Assembly (NCBI GenBank): GCA_965216325.1 | Contig: OZ244160.1 | Location: 1,664,001 to 1,728,000 of the forward strand | Reading direction: 5' to 3' | DNA from: Coraliomargarita sp. | GTDB taxonomy: Bacteria > Verrucomicrobiota > Verrucomicrobiia > Opitutales > Coraliomargaritaceae | DNA length: 64,000 nt | In this document: positions 21,665 through 31,115 of the stretch, one piece after another | Numbering within the stretch: position 1 is the first letter of the stretch | How the letters are laid out: every line of letters begins with the position of its first letter | Program-made: the position numbers and the translations under genes | The notes under the pieces: model-generated | Databases searched by the model: none | Told to the model about the DNA's origin: nothing | The model's input: the letters and a program-made list of their open reading frames with translations, nothing else

Positions 21665-21985
21665 TTAGGCGCTGGTCTTGCTGCCGACAGAGTTCTTTGT
21701 AAGCTCGATCTTCACACCGTCCGCGATACGGACCACGAAGCGGTCGTCTTTGACGTTGGTGATGGTGCCGTGGATACCGCCTGCAGTGACGATTTCGTCG
21801 CCCGTCTTCAATTCCGTAAGCATCTTATCATGAGCCTTTTGGCGCTTGCGCTGAGGAGCGATAATAAGGAACCACATACCCACAAAAAGGAGGATCAGTG
21901 GCATGAACTGCATGAGCGGGTTCACTTCAGCGCCTGAAGCAGCTTGTGCGAGCGGTAAAAGAGAAGAAATTTCGGAAAGAGCCAT
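21665..21985 (-). CDS. yajC: Preprotein translocase subunit YajC
   Basis: FLIIAPQRKRQK, LKTGDEIVTAGGIHG; immediately upstream of secDF. Confidence 0.95.
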   Translation of the reverse strand: MALSEISSLLPLAQAASGAEVNPLMQFMPLILLFVGMWFLIIAPQRKRQKAHDKMLTELKTGDEIVTAGGIHGTITNVKDDRFVVRIADGVKIELTKNSVGSKTSA

Positions 21986-22166
21986 AGTGCGATCTGTGTT
22001 GAAAAACCGCTGAAGGAAAGAGAGTCCCTTCTAAATGGCAAGTTCCTAATCCAGAAGGATTCGGAGCAGAAATCAGAGGCTGGAAAACAGAGGCCCGAAC
22101 TCGTCAATCGAAAGTGCCTTCGCACTTCCGCTACACAACTCTGTAGAGGAACTGCGACCGCAGTTT

Positions 22167-23045
22167 CTAACCGAGCACAAGCCCCAAGGTCAGCAACAGC
22201 CCGTAACCTGCGACCACGACAGCAGCCCCCTTGAGCGCAGCCAAGAAATCCAGCGGTTCATGAGCCCTTCGGAGCTGACCGAGCAAGATCAGCGAGCGAA
22301 TTACCGGAAGCAGTCCGAGCAGCACCCAGAGGCCATAGTCTCGCATACAAAGCCAGACTACAACCGCACCCGCCGCGCAGCTGGCAACCAGATAGAGGAA
22401 TAGGCCAAATGGGCGCCCGAAAAAGACAATCAGAGTGCGCTTGCGGGCCAGCACATCCTCATCGCGGTCCCGGTAATTATTCACAACCAACAAGTTATTA
22501 ATCAACAAGCCGCAACCAAGGCCTACGAGCAGCGCATCAAGCGTCACGCTTCCCACTTGGACGAAATAAGTGCAGCTCACTGCAATGAAACCGAAAAACA
22601 GGACGACGAAGACATCACCCAAACCATTGTAAGCCAATGGAAACGGCCCTCCGGTATAACACCAGGCACAGACCACCGAGGCAATTCCGACCCCCAGCAA
22701 CCACCAGCCGCCAAACGCGATCAGACTTAGACCGATACAAAAACCGAGCGCCAACACACCGATCGCAGCCCACTTCATCACCGCAGGTGCGACCAAACCA
22801 GACGCGACCGCCCGCTGGGGCCCAATGCGCGCCTCCGTGTCGGTCCCCTTGATGCCGTCCAAGTAGTCGTTGGCGAAATTGGTGCCGATTTGGATCAGCA
22901 CCGCGAAAGCCAGACAGATCACCGCGGGCAGCCATGCAAAACCACCATCCGCATACGCTAGCCCGGAGCCGAGCATGACAGGCGCCACTGCTGCAGGCAG
23001 CGTTTTCGGGCGGGTGGCTTCCAGCCAAGTGCTTAAGTGTGACAT
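22167..23045 (-). CDS. menA: 1,4-dihydroxy-2-naphthoate prenyltransferase
   Basis: [41 protein letters not shown]; start at MSHLSTW. Confidence 0.92.
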   Translation of the reverse strand: MSHLSTWLEATRPKTLPAAVAPVMLGSGLAYADGGFAWLPAVICLAFAVLIQIGTNFANDYLDGIKGTDTEARIGPQRAVASGLVAPAVMKWAAIGVLALGFCIGLSLIAFGGWWLLGVGIASVVCAWCYTGGPFPLAYNGLGDVFVVLFFGFIAVSCTYFVQVGSVTLDALLVGLGCGLLINNLLVVNNYRDRDEDVLARKRTLIVFFGRPFGLFLYLVASCAAGAVVVWLCMRDYGLWVLLGLLPVIRSLILLGQLRRAHEPLDFLAALKGAAVVVAGYGLLLTLGLVLG

Positions 23046-23103
23046 AAGTGACAGTTCTTCGCAATGCGTTGACCAGATGAAGGCGTAAGCGTAAACTAAG
23101 ACA

Positions 23104-23706
23104 ATGATCAAATATCCACAAGCGGAGGAACTCACGCGGGATATCCACGATTCCCGCGTGCGGGCAGCCTTTGCGAGTGTCGACCGCAGTCTGTTCATTC
23201 CGGATAGTCAGCAATACTTTGCATGGGCCGACCATCCCCTCCCCATCGGGCACGGGGCCACCATTTCTCAGCCCAGCCTAGTTGCGCAAATGACCGAATG
23301 GCTGGAGCTGCGCCCCGAGCATCGCGTGCTCGAGATCGGCACCGGCTCTGGTTACCAAACCGCAATTTTGGCCAATTTAGTCAGCGAGGTCACCACGGTC
23401 GAAATCAGTCGCCAACTCTCGAGTAGTGCCGCCCAACGACTCCAATCACTCGGCTACAGCAACATCCACTGCCATTGCGGTGATGGCTCCAAAGGCTGGC
23501 CAGACGCCGCGCCCTTTGACCGAATCCTCGCCACGGTCGCCTTCAACTCGACGCCCCGAGCACTGCTCGCTCAACTCAAGCCGGACGGGATTTGCATCGC
23601 CCCAGTTGGCCCGTCCGTAAGCGTGCAGCACCTATTGCGCTACCACAAAGGCGAAAGCCTGACCGAGACAACCCTAGCACCAGTGCGCTTCCTCAGCTTG
23701 CGCTAG
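23104..23706 (+). CDS. pcm: Protein-L-isoaspartate O-methyltransferase
   Basis: PLPIGHGATISQP, VLEIGTGSGYQTA, GDGSKGW..APFDRI, VRF. Confidence 0.92.
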   Translation: MIKYPQAEELTRDIHDSRVRAAFASVDRSLFIPDSQQYFAWADHPLPIGHGATISQPSLVAQMTEWLELRPEHRVLEIGTGSGYQTAILANLVSEVTTVEISRQLSSSAAQRLQSLGYSNIHCHCGDGSKGWPDAAPFDRILATVAFNSTPRALLAQLKPDGICIAPVGPSVSVQHLLRYHKGESLTETTLAPVRFLSLR

Positions 23707-26353
23707 CCTGCCGCTGACGGCCAAACACCACCTTATTGTAGAAGAACCCAATCCCAATCAGCACGCAGCCCAAGCCAAGGAATGACAACACCCGGTAGAG
23801 CCCTTCAAGCTCAGAGGCATCGACAAAGAAGACCTTGCCCACAGTGAGCAGCAACAAGAGTAAGGAGCCCACATGCAAAGCCTTCTGGTCGCGTAACAAG
23901 CCGATTGCCTGATAGGCCACCGCAAGCAACAGCCACACAACCGAATAACTATACAACTCCGTGCTGGAACTCGCGCCACCAAACAAATAACCCCCACCAA
24001 AGTAATCCTGCACCAGAAAAGTCGCCCAGACAAAGCCTAAGGCCATTGCAGCCACTTGATAGGCTCGACGTAGGGCCTCACGCCCCTGCCCTGCACTCAG
24101 CCATGCGAGCACACTGATGACCACAAAGGGCAGGCCAAACTGCCACAGCAGAGCGTTGAAAAAGAAACTTTCACCCTCAGCTCCCGAATCATTCAAGTGC
24201 AGGATGACGACACGCACACAAACCAAAGCAGTCAGCACACCACTACCAATCCGCCCAATCAATTGGCGTCGACAACACAGGGCAAACGCAAGCGCCCACA
24301 CAGCCAGCAGCGAAGTCAGCCCTCCCTGCACCGCGGACAAGGTCCATGCGTCCGGCATCCACTTTAAATCGATCCACTGGTAAGCCGAGACCACCGCTAG
24401 TAGTGTCGACAAGCCACACCACCACGCAAACACCAAACGAACACTTTCCGCCCAGCCTTGCCAGAAACAGCGCAACATCAACAAGCCACTCCCCACACCG
24501 CCGATGCAACCTAGCATCGACAAAACATCCCGGACCTCACTTCCAGCGATCCAGTCTTCACCAAAAAAATACAAGAAGGCACTCGCCATCGAAGGCCACA
24601 TGGCAGCCGTCCACGTAACCACCAACGTCCCCAGCACGAGTTCGCTGCGGACCAACTCGCGTAGTCGCCAATATACTGTCGCAACCAGCAAAAGGGCGGC
24701 AGCCGCAGCGCCATACAGCTCAACTGGCAAAGTCGCCCACAAGCCAAAAACGACAACTAGAAAAGCAAAGGACTGGGTCAGCGCAGCGGATTCATTGCAT
24801 TGTATGCGACGTAGCAAATACTCACCGCTCAGCATGAGCAGGACGGCAGAAACGAGACTCAGCAGCAACCAGAAGAACTCGAAAGGAACAGCAGCCGGGT
24901 TGATGTATTCACGATTCAAATACAGTAGTGGCACCCAAGCCCAAGCAGCAATCGTCGAGAGACCGCGCCAGTGATCCGAAATACTCGAACGCATGCCCTG
25001 CAGATGACCGACGCCCCAGAATAGCAGATGCATCCCAAACGGCCAGAGCAACCACTGGGCAAATGGCTCCGCAGGCGCCATCAGAGCAACAAGCATCGTG
25101 GCTAACAAAGCGAGCCAAGCAGCCCATTCAAACTCGTCTTCACGCAGGACTGCCAAGGCCAGTGCCCCCAAACTAAGCACCGAGAACATGCCTAGGTCCA
25201 CTCCGGCAAACTCACCCAACCAAACCAAGAGCAGCGCCTGAATCAGCCCGCCGCCCCAGACAAGCAATCGCAACCACAATAAGATCTGCCGCACCGTTTC
25301 GCTCAAAGTATTCAGTCGCAGCTTCGCCAGACCAACCGAGGAGACCGCGCAGATTCCGAGCACAAATAACAGCGCCCCCTCAGGCTCATGCATCACGCCC
25401 TCAAAACATGCTGCCAAGACTACCGCGACCCAGGCATAGGCACCGACTGCAGAGCCAAGCAATAGACCCCACCAGCCCTTACGCACGCACAGAAACTGAG
25501 CGGCCCCGAACAACAGAAAAAGATAAGCAAAGAGCAGTTCAGTATCCTGTGATCCAGTCGACATGAGCCAAGGAGTGAGGAAGCCTCCCACTAAGCCCAT
25601 CAGGGCAATCGGCGCGCCATTACGCAGCGAGAGCCCAACCGAGACTAAGGTTACTGCAACCATACACGCAAAGCCCTGCGTCGGCACGAGGAAGCCATAC
25701 AAATGCACTGCCGCATAGACCGCAAAATACAAGCATGCTACGCCTGCTCCTGACAGCGCCTGACCGATCTTCTCGTTTGCTTTAAGTCTGGTCTTCAAAC
25801 TGACCACACACCCCAATGCACACAACAAAGCACCAAAGAGAGTCGTCATCCACACGCGCACTGCAGGCGTCAACCAACCCGAATCAATCGAGTATTTGAT
25901 CATGAAGAAACCGGCCATCAACAAGGCGATGCCCCCCACCCAAATCGCGATCTTACTGAACCAATCCTTCGGTTCGGTATCTTCCTGTGTCGGAGTCGAA
26001 ATCGCCCCCTTGGTTAACTCTACAGGCTTCATCGCTACCTCCGACTGCTTCACATCAGACGGCTGTAGCTTCTGTTTAGGTATCGGCGGTGGTGTCACGA
26101 TTGGAGACTCGGGCTTCGTTACCGGCGCCTGAACAGCAGCTGCTTTTACCTGTGCTGTCACTGCCGACTGCTGATCTGTTTGCGCTTCTGCCAGCTGCCG
26201 CTTCAGTCGCTCAAGCTCGCGGCGCTGAGTTTCCAGCTCATCCTGCACGGCTCGCAACTCAGATTTTCGATTCGAAAGATTGACCAAGTTGACCCAAGGC
26301 AAAATCAGTGCCGCAACCAACAAGCCGAGTAACAAAATACCGAGCGCTTCCAT
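23693..26353 (-). CDS. DUF2339 family polytopic membrane protein
   Basis: N-terminal TM plus coiled coil and Pro-rich linker, then WVGGIALL..GFFMIKYSIDSGWL; ends KVFFVDASELEGLYRVLSFLGLG. Start chosen at MEALGILL. Confidence 0.85.
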   Translation of the reverse strand: MEALGILLLGLLVAALILPWVNLVNLSNRKSELRAVQDELETQRRELERLKRQLAEAQTDQQSAVTAQVKAAAVQAPVTKPESPIVTPPPIPKQKLQPSDVKQSEVAMKPVELTKGAISTPTQEDTEPKDWFSKIAIWVGGIALLMAGFFMIKYSIDSGWLTPAVRVWMTTLFGALLCALGCVVSLKTRLKANEKIGQALSGAGVACLYFAVYAAVHLYGFLVPTQGFACMVAVTLVSVGLSLRNGAPIALMGLVGGFLTPWLMSTGSQDTELLFAYLFLLFGAAQFLCVRKGWWGLLLGSAVGAYAWVAVVLAACFEGVMHEPEGALLFVLGICAVSSVGLAKLRLNTLSETVRQILLWLRLLVWGGGLIQALLLVWLGEFAGVDLGMFSVLSLGALALAVLREDEFEWAAWLALLATMLVALMAPAEPFAQWLLWPFGMHLLFWGVGHLQGMRSSISDHWRGLSTIAAWAWVPLLYLNREYINPAAVPFEFFWLLLSLVSAVLLMLSGEYLLRRIQCNESAALTQSFAFLVVVFGLWATLPVELYGAAAAALLLVATVYWRLRELVRSELVLGTLVVTWTAAMWPSMASAFLYFFGEDWIAGSEVRDVLSMLGCIGGVGSGLLMLRCFWQGWAESVRLVFAWWCGLSTLLAVVSAYQWIDLKWMPDAWTLSAVQGGLTSLLAVWALAFALCCRRQLIGRIGSGVLTALVCVRVVILHLNDSGAEGESFFFNALLWQFGLPFVVISVLAWLSAGQGREALRRAYQVAAMALGFVWATFLVQDYFGGGYLFGGASSSTELYSYSVVWLLLAVAYQAIGLLRDQKALHVGSLLLLLLTVGKVFFVDASELEGLYRVLSFLGLGCVLIGIGFFYNKVVFGRQRQASAS

Positions 26354-26378
26354 GATGGCGATTGTGCTAGACACAAAA

Positions 26379-26414
26379 TGAACATCGTTCAATATTTATT
26401 TTGAACATTGTTTT
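26379..26414. promoter_or_regulatory. Putative tandem TetR operator
   Basis: Palindrome TGAAC-ATC-GTTCA (26379-26391) and a degenerate second copy TGAAC-ATT-GTTTT (26402-26414) between divergent DUF2339 and tetR genes. Confidence 0.55.
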
Positions 26415-26449
26415 GTAAATACCAGCAGAACTGCAATGCCTCCATACAG

Positions 26450-26498
26450 TCTGACCTCTGACCTCTGACCTCTGACCTCTGACCTCTGACCTCTGACC
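26450..26498. repeat. Heptamer tandem repeat (TCTGACC)x7
   Basis: Seven perfect copies ending 1 bp before the TetR ATG. Confidence 0.95.
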
Positions 26499-26499
26499 C

Positions 26500-27075
26500 A
26501 TGGCCCGACGAAAAGATCACACCCGCGAAGAACTACGAGAGCTCGCCATTGAAGCTGGCACTGAACTCGTGCGTAATAATGGCGTGGGCGCACTCACTGC
26601 CCGCAATGTGGCGAAGGCGATCGGCTACACGCCCGGCACGCTCTACAACCTATTTGAGAATATCCAGGGGCTTGTTGCAGCAATTAACGCCCGCACCTTG
26701 CAAGGACTTGCAGAGGACATCGAAGCACAAATCCAGCGCTGCAAAACCCCCGAAAGCAAGTTAGCCCGAATCTGCCAACTGTATATTCAGCTGCAGGACG
26801 CCGAACCGAAGCTCTGCACCCTGATTTTCGCAACACCCCTAGAGAACATGACCGAGGACTTCGGCACTGCAGTGCACGCAGTGTTCGATCAGGTCACCGA
26901 GGCCATTCGCCCACTCAGCAAAAACGACACCGCCGCTCGCCAAGACGCAAAAATTCTCTGGTCCACGCTGCACGGCATCTGCCTGCTCCATCAAAATGGC
27001 AAGCTCGACGTCACCGAGCCCGACCCACCGGAGCAATTAGTGAAGCGTTTCTTGGCTCAGTTCCTAAAGCGGTAA
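26500..27075 (+). CDS. TetR/AcrR family regulator (WHG-like C-terminus)
   Basis: LTARNVAKAIGYTPGTLYNLF HTH; LWSTLHG. Confidence 0.9.
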   Translation: MARRKDHTREELRELAIEAGTELVRNNGVGALTARNVAKAIGYTPGTLYNLFENIQGLVAAINARTLQGLAEDIEAQIQRCKTPESKLARICQLYIQLQDAEPKLCTLIFATPLENMTEDFGTAVHAVFDQVTEAIRPLSKNDTAARQDAKILWSTLHGICLLHQNGKLDVTEPDPPEQLVKRFLAQFLKR

Positions 27076-27149
27076 CATCTCAATGAAACAAGCCTGAGCC
27101 TCGGCTGAGGGATTGCAAGTTGACGAAGAGGACTTACAACGCTGGGTCC

Positions 27150-28052
27150 ATGAAACCGACTCTCCTGATTCTTGCCGCTGGCATGGGCAGCCGTTATGGC
27201 GGCCTCAAACAACTCGACCCAATGGGCCCAGAGGGCGAAACCGTACTCGACTACTCGGTCTACGACGCCATTCAAGCGGGCTTCGGCAAGGTGGTCTTCG
27301 TCATTCGCAGGGATTTTGCAGATGCATTTAAATCGACCGTCGGCAACAAGTTCGAAGCACGTATCGAAGTGGCTTACGCCTACCAAGACCTCACTGACTT
27401 ACCCGAGGGTTTCGCTGTGCCAGAAGGCCGCGAAAAGCCATGGGGCACCACGCATGCGGTGCGCGCAGCGCGCAATGAAATCGATACGCCGTTCGCAGTG
27501 ATCAACGCCGACGACTTCTACGGTCGCGATGCCTTCGTTCAGCTCGCACGCTACTTTGAGCAACAGTCCGAGGAGCCTGAGCTGCGCACCTGCATGGTCG
27601 GGTATCCTTTGAGCAATACTCTCTCCGATCACGGCACCGTAAACCGCGGCGTGTGCGTCGTCGAAGACGGCACACTGCAGCGCGTGGAGGAGCAATTCGA
27701 GATCGCCGCAGATGCGGCTGGCGCAGTGACCGGCAAAAATCAAGCAGGCGAAGCCATTCAGATCGACGCCAACGCCATCGTATCGATGAATTTCTGGGGC
27801 TTCACGCCAGCAATTTTCAGTAGTATCGAAGCTCAATTCACCGACTTCCTCAAAGACGCCGGCGGCGAACTCAAATCAGAGTGCTACATCCCGAGTATCG
27901 TGGATACACTGATTCAAAGCGGTCAGACCGAATGTGCCGTGCTCGAAACCAGCGCCAACTGGTTCGGCGTCACCTACCCGGATGATAAGCCCTTCGTGCA
28001 AGAAAGCATCGGCCAATTGATCCAGCAGGGTGAATACCCGGCTGGCCTGTAA
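27150..28052 (+). CDS. Sugar-phosphate nucleotidyltransferase family protein
   Basis: LAAGMGSRYGGLKQ, KPWGT.HAV, VINADDFYG, SMNFWGF, WFGVTY. Confidence 0.85.
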   Translation: MKPTLLILAAGMGSRYGGLKQLDPMGPEGETVLDYSVYDAIQAGFGKVVFVIRRDFADAFKSTVGNKFEARIEVAYAYQDLTDLPEGFAVPEGREKPWGTTHAVRAARNEIDTPFAVINADDFYGRDAFVQLARYFEQQSEEPELRTCMVGYPLSNTLSDHGTVNRGVCVVEDGTLQRVEEQFEIAADAAGAVTGKNQAGEAIQIDANAIVSMNFWGFTPAIFSSIEAQFTDFLKDAGGELKSECYIPSIVDTLIQSGQTECAVLETSANWFGVTYPDDKPFVQESIGQLIQQGEYPAGL

Positions 28053-28102
28053 ACGACAGCAAAGCTCGACTTGGAGCATAATTTCACTATAGTTCAAATA
28101 TT

Positions 28103-28462
28103 ATGTCTTCCCCTAGGACATCCTCCCTACTGGCGCTTGGCGTCTTCCTAGCATACTCAAGCAGCCACTCACTGGCGTTTGAACTCGGCAGCTGTGCCTT
28201 GATACAAATCCAGCAAGAACCTGCTGACAACACGGATGAGCTCCTCATTAGCGTCCACGAAACGGTGCTCAATGATGCATCGGAAGACTCCAACACCAGT
28301 CCCACACAGAGCCAAACAGACTTGGCGAGCTTCAGCTTTGACAACATTAACAGCGGGATCGGCAGTAGCTTCAGTAACAGTAGCTTCAGTCTACCGACCG
28401 AAGCCAGCAGTAGCGAAGACACCGACCTTCTTGACTTCAGCGCAGACGGCAGCGGTTATTAA
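28103..28462 (+). CDS. Hypothetical Ser/acidic-rich exported protein
   Basis: Signal-peptide-like N-terminus; fills the gap between the nucleotidyltransferase and nth. Confidence 0.45.
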   Translation: MSSPRTSSLLALGVFLAYSSSHSLAFELGSCALIQIQQEPADNTDELLISVHETVLNDASEDSNTSPTQSQTDLASFSFDNINSGIGSSFSNSSFSLPTEASSSEDTDLLDFSADGSGY

Positions 28463-28465
28463 GCA

Positions 28466-29119
28466 TTAGGGCTTTTTCAATGTTACCGGCGATTTACGGT
28501 TTGGATATAGCGTCCGACACAGCTCACATACCGTGCCGTTGCAGCCACGTGCGGTGCAATACTCACGACCGTAGTAGATAATCTGCAAATGCAGAGCATT
28601 CCAGCGATCCTTAGGGAACAGGCGCTTCAAGTCCCGCTCTGTCTGCACGACGCTCTTACCGGAGCTGAGCCCCCAACGTTGGGCTAGTCGGTGAATGTGG
28701 GTATCCACAGGGAACGCGGGCACGCCGAAAGCCTGCGACATGACCACCGAGGCAGTCTTGTGACCGACCGCAGGCAGCGCCTCAAGGGCAGCCATGTCTG
28801 CAGGAACCTCCCCCCGATGCTTATCCAGCAAAATACGTGACAGCCCAGCAATGCCCTTTGATTTCATCGGAGATAATCCACAAGGCCGGATAATATCACG
28901 GATCTCTTCCACCGAAAGCTGGACCATTTCCTGAGGCGTACGAGCCCGCTCGAAGAGCAGCGGCGTAATCTTGTTTACCCGTTCATCGGTGCATTGAGCT
29001 GACAACAAGACCGCAATCAACAGAGTATACGCATCCGAATGATCCAGAGGAATCGGAGGGTTCGGATAGAGTTCCTCAAGGCGTCGATTAACGAGAGCAG
29101 CACGTTCGGCTTTAAGCAT
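28466..29119 (-). CDS. nth: Endonuclease III
   Basis: LLSAQCTD, HhH LPAVGHKTA, PVDTHIHR, four C-terminal Cys; start at MLKAERA. Confidence 0.93.
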   Translation of the reverse strand: MLKAERAALVNRRLEELYPNPPIPLDHSDAYTLLIAVLLSAQCTDERVNKITPLLFERARTPQEMVQLSVEEIRDIIRPCGLSPMKSKGIAGLSRILLDKHRGEVPADMAALEALPAVGHKTASVVMSQAFGVPAFPVDTHIHRLAQRWGLSSGKSVVQTERDLKRLFPKDRWNALHLQIIYYGREYCTARGCNGTVCELCRTLYPNRKSPVTLKKP

Positions 29120-29154
29120 GCCGCAGAAGAACAAATCTGCTGCTCCCATGCACG

Positions 29155-29183
29155 AAAAAAGCCGCCCAATTAAAGGCGGCTTT
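29155..29183 (-). terminator. Intrinsic terminator after the TM2 gene
   Basis: AAAGCCGCC-loop-GGCGGCTTT stem with a T-run on the minus strand. Confidence 0.6.
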
Positions 29184-29205
29184 AAGCACAACGGTCACGA
29201 CAAGT

Positions 29206-29472
29206 CTAGAACCAGCCTTTTTTGCCATTCACGTAAGTCGCGACGAAATCTTCGTCAGACTTTGTCAGATAAAGAATGCCTTCAATTAGACCGATGAGGC
29301 CCATAATCATAGGGCCCACTATAATCAGAGAGCCAAGCAGACACACCAAAAGCATGATCACCCCCTCTTTGGTATAGCCTAAAATAAACTTATGAATGCC
29401 GAGGCCTCCAAGTAGGATGCCACAAATGCCGGCTGCGATTTTCTTTTCTGCTCCTGCGGGTTTATCTGCCAT
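29206..29472 (-). CDS. TM2 domain protein
   Basis: KKIAAGICGILLGGLGIHKFILGY...IEGILYL...KKGWF. Confidence 0.9.
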   Translation of the reverse strand: MADKPAGAEKKIAAGICGILLGGLGIHKFILGYTKEGVIMLLVCLLGSLIIVGPMIMGLIGLIEGILYLTKSDEDFVATYVNGKKGWF

Positions 29473-29556
29473 AGTTCTTTGTATTAGTATTGGGTGGTTT
29501 TAACTGTGCGCAGCGAGTCTGCTGCACATGGATGTAAAAGAGGCGGAGTGGATGTT

Positions 29557-30048
29557 CTACTTCGCAACATCCTCTAAAATCTGTTTTCGATCTTGAACAG
29601 TACCATCTGCCTGATCACTCAAATCCATCATCGAATCGATCGTGAAGTAAGCCAGCGCACCTGCAGCCAGCGCAAATACGACCACGATCACCGCAGCAAT
29701 CGCACCTACATCCCAAACAAAGCGCGACAGTGCGACCACCGACACCAGCACCAGTAGTCCAAAGACAATCCATGCCAAATAGTCCTTGGCCCACGGCTGG
29801 CTCATTTCGGGCACGATAAATACTGTCGTTATACTATAGGCAACAATTCCAACCGCCAAGGGCAGCACGATACCAATGATCGCGCCAACCATACCTTTTT
29901 TACTGCCAAAGACTTTTGACAAAAACCAAGCGACTACCAACGAGCCAAACAATGGCAATGACAGCATAATCGAAAAACGTTCTGAGCCGATCTCGCCGCC
30001 AAAAACGGACTCAAGTAACGCACGGGACACTTGCAAAACTTCACCCAT
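29557..30048 (-). CDS. Hypothetical membrane protein (about 4 TM)
   Basis: Hydrophobic ORF; start uncertain. Confidence 0.6.
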   Translation of the reverse strand: MGEVLQVSRALLESVFGGEIGSERFSIMLSLPLFGSLVVAWFLSKVFGSKKGMVGAIIGIVLPLAVGIVAYSITTVFIVPEMSQPWAKDYLAWIVFGLLVLVSVVALSRFVWDVGAIAAVIVVVFALAAGALAYFTIDSMMDLSDQADGTVQDRKQILEDVAK

Positions 30049-30170
30049 AACAAAAAAGCCTATCAATTAGAGGAATGACTGAAAGATAAGAACTTACGTG
30101 GATTTGGCGATGCTAAAATACTTTAGTCAATACACTCACAAATACGCATGGACTGATTCTCTGGCAGCCC

Positions 30171-31115
30171 CTAGGCCAAACACTCTTGAACCCTAGCATA
30201 CAAACGCTCCAACTCGGGCATGGCCACGCCCTTGGCTTGCCCCCGCCGCAAGGGCTCACCCCAAAGTGATTCAACCTCAACGGCACGACCGTCTAAATAG
30301 TCGATAAGCGAGGAGGGCCGGTAAGCCCCCATCTTCTCAGTCACATCAAATTGGCCCTGCAAGAACTTATCGGAGATCTCGTGCCCATAGCATTTCGCCG
30401 CAGCACGCACTTCTTCCATCAACAAACGTGCCCGCTCCTTAAGGTCCGGATCCGAGAGAATCTTATCGGTGGTGATGCCACCCGCAGCAATCGAGAGTCC
30501 GTTGAACGGCACATTCCAGCAGAGCTTGCGCCAGAGCGCTCGCTCCAAGGACGGCGAAGTCGCACATGTGATTCCAGCAACTTCAAAGGTCTCAGTTGCG
30601 GCTTCAGCGAGCGGCTGCCATTCAGGCTTCAGACTGCCAATCTCGACACGCCCCGGCAGGTAGTTTTCGACCACACCGGACGCGGTGCGGTTGACACAAA
30701 CAAAGCACAAGGCCGCGAGCACTGGATTTGTTGGAAAATGCTTCATGAAGAACTCTGCGTTCCCCATACCATTTTGCAGGCTGAGAATAATGGTGCGCCC
30801 TGGCGCAACCAGCACACGTAAGCTCTCGACCAAGGCTTCATTAAAAGTGGTCTTGGCCGCAATGAGCACACAGTCCACTGCGCCAATGACTTCAGCTGAG
30901 TCCACAACCTGTGCAGGGACAATAGTCTCTGCAGAAAGCAGTTCACCCGAGCGCGGATCCATCATCCGGATCGTAATACCCTTATCTGCCAGCGTCTGAG
31001 TTTCCGAGCGGCCCAGCACATGCATCGGCACGCCACTCTTAGCCAAGAGCCCACCATAATACAGGCCAATCGCCCCTGGCCCAACCAGTGCCCACGATTG
31101 CTTACTTGTTGTCAT
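30171..31115 (-). CDS. panE: 2-dehydropantoate 2-reductase
   Basis: GPGAIG, LQNGMG, WRKLCWN, SSLID, EVE; lies in an operon with panC. Confidence 0.88.
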   Translation of the reverse strand: MTTSKQSWALVGPGAIGLYYGGLLAKSGVPMHVLGRSETQTLADKGITIRMMDPRSGELLSAETIVPAQVVDSAEVIGAVDCVLIAAKTTFNEALVESLRVLVAPGRTIILSLQNGMGNAEFFMKHFPTNPVLAALCFVCVNRTASGVVENYLPGRVEIGSLKPEWQPLAEAATETFEVAGITCATSPSLERALWRKLCWNVPFNGLSIAAGGITTDKILSDPDLKERARLLMEEVRAAAKCYGHEISDKFLQGQFDVTEKMGAYRPSSLIDYLDGRAVEVESLWGEPLRRGQAKGVAMPELERLYARVQECLA

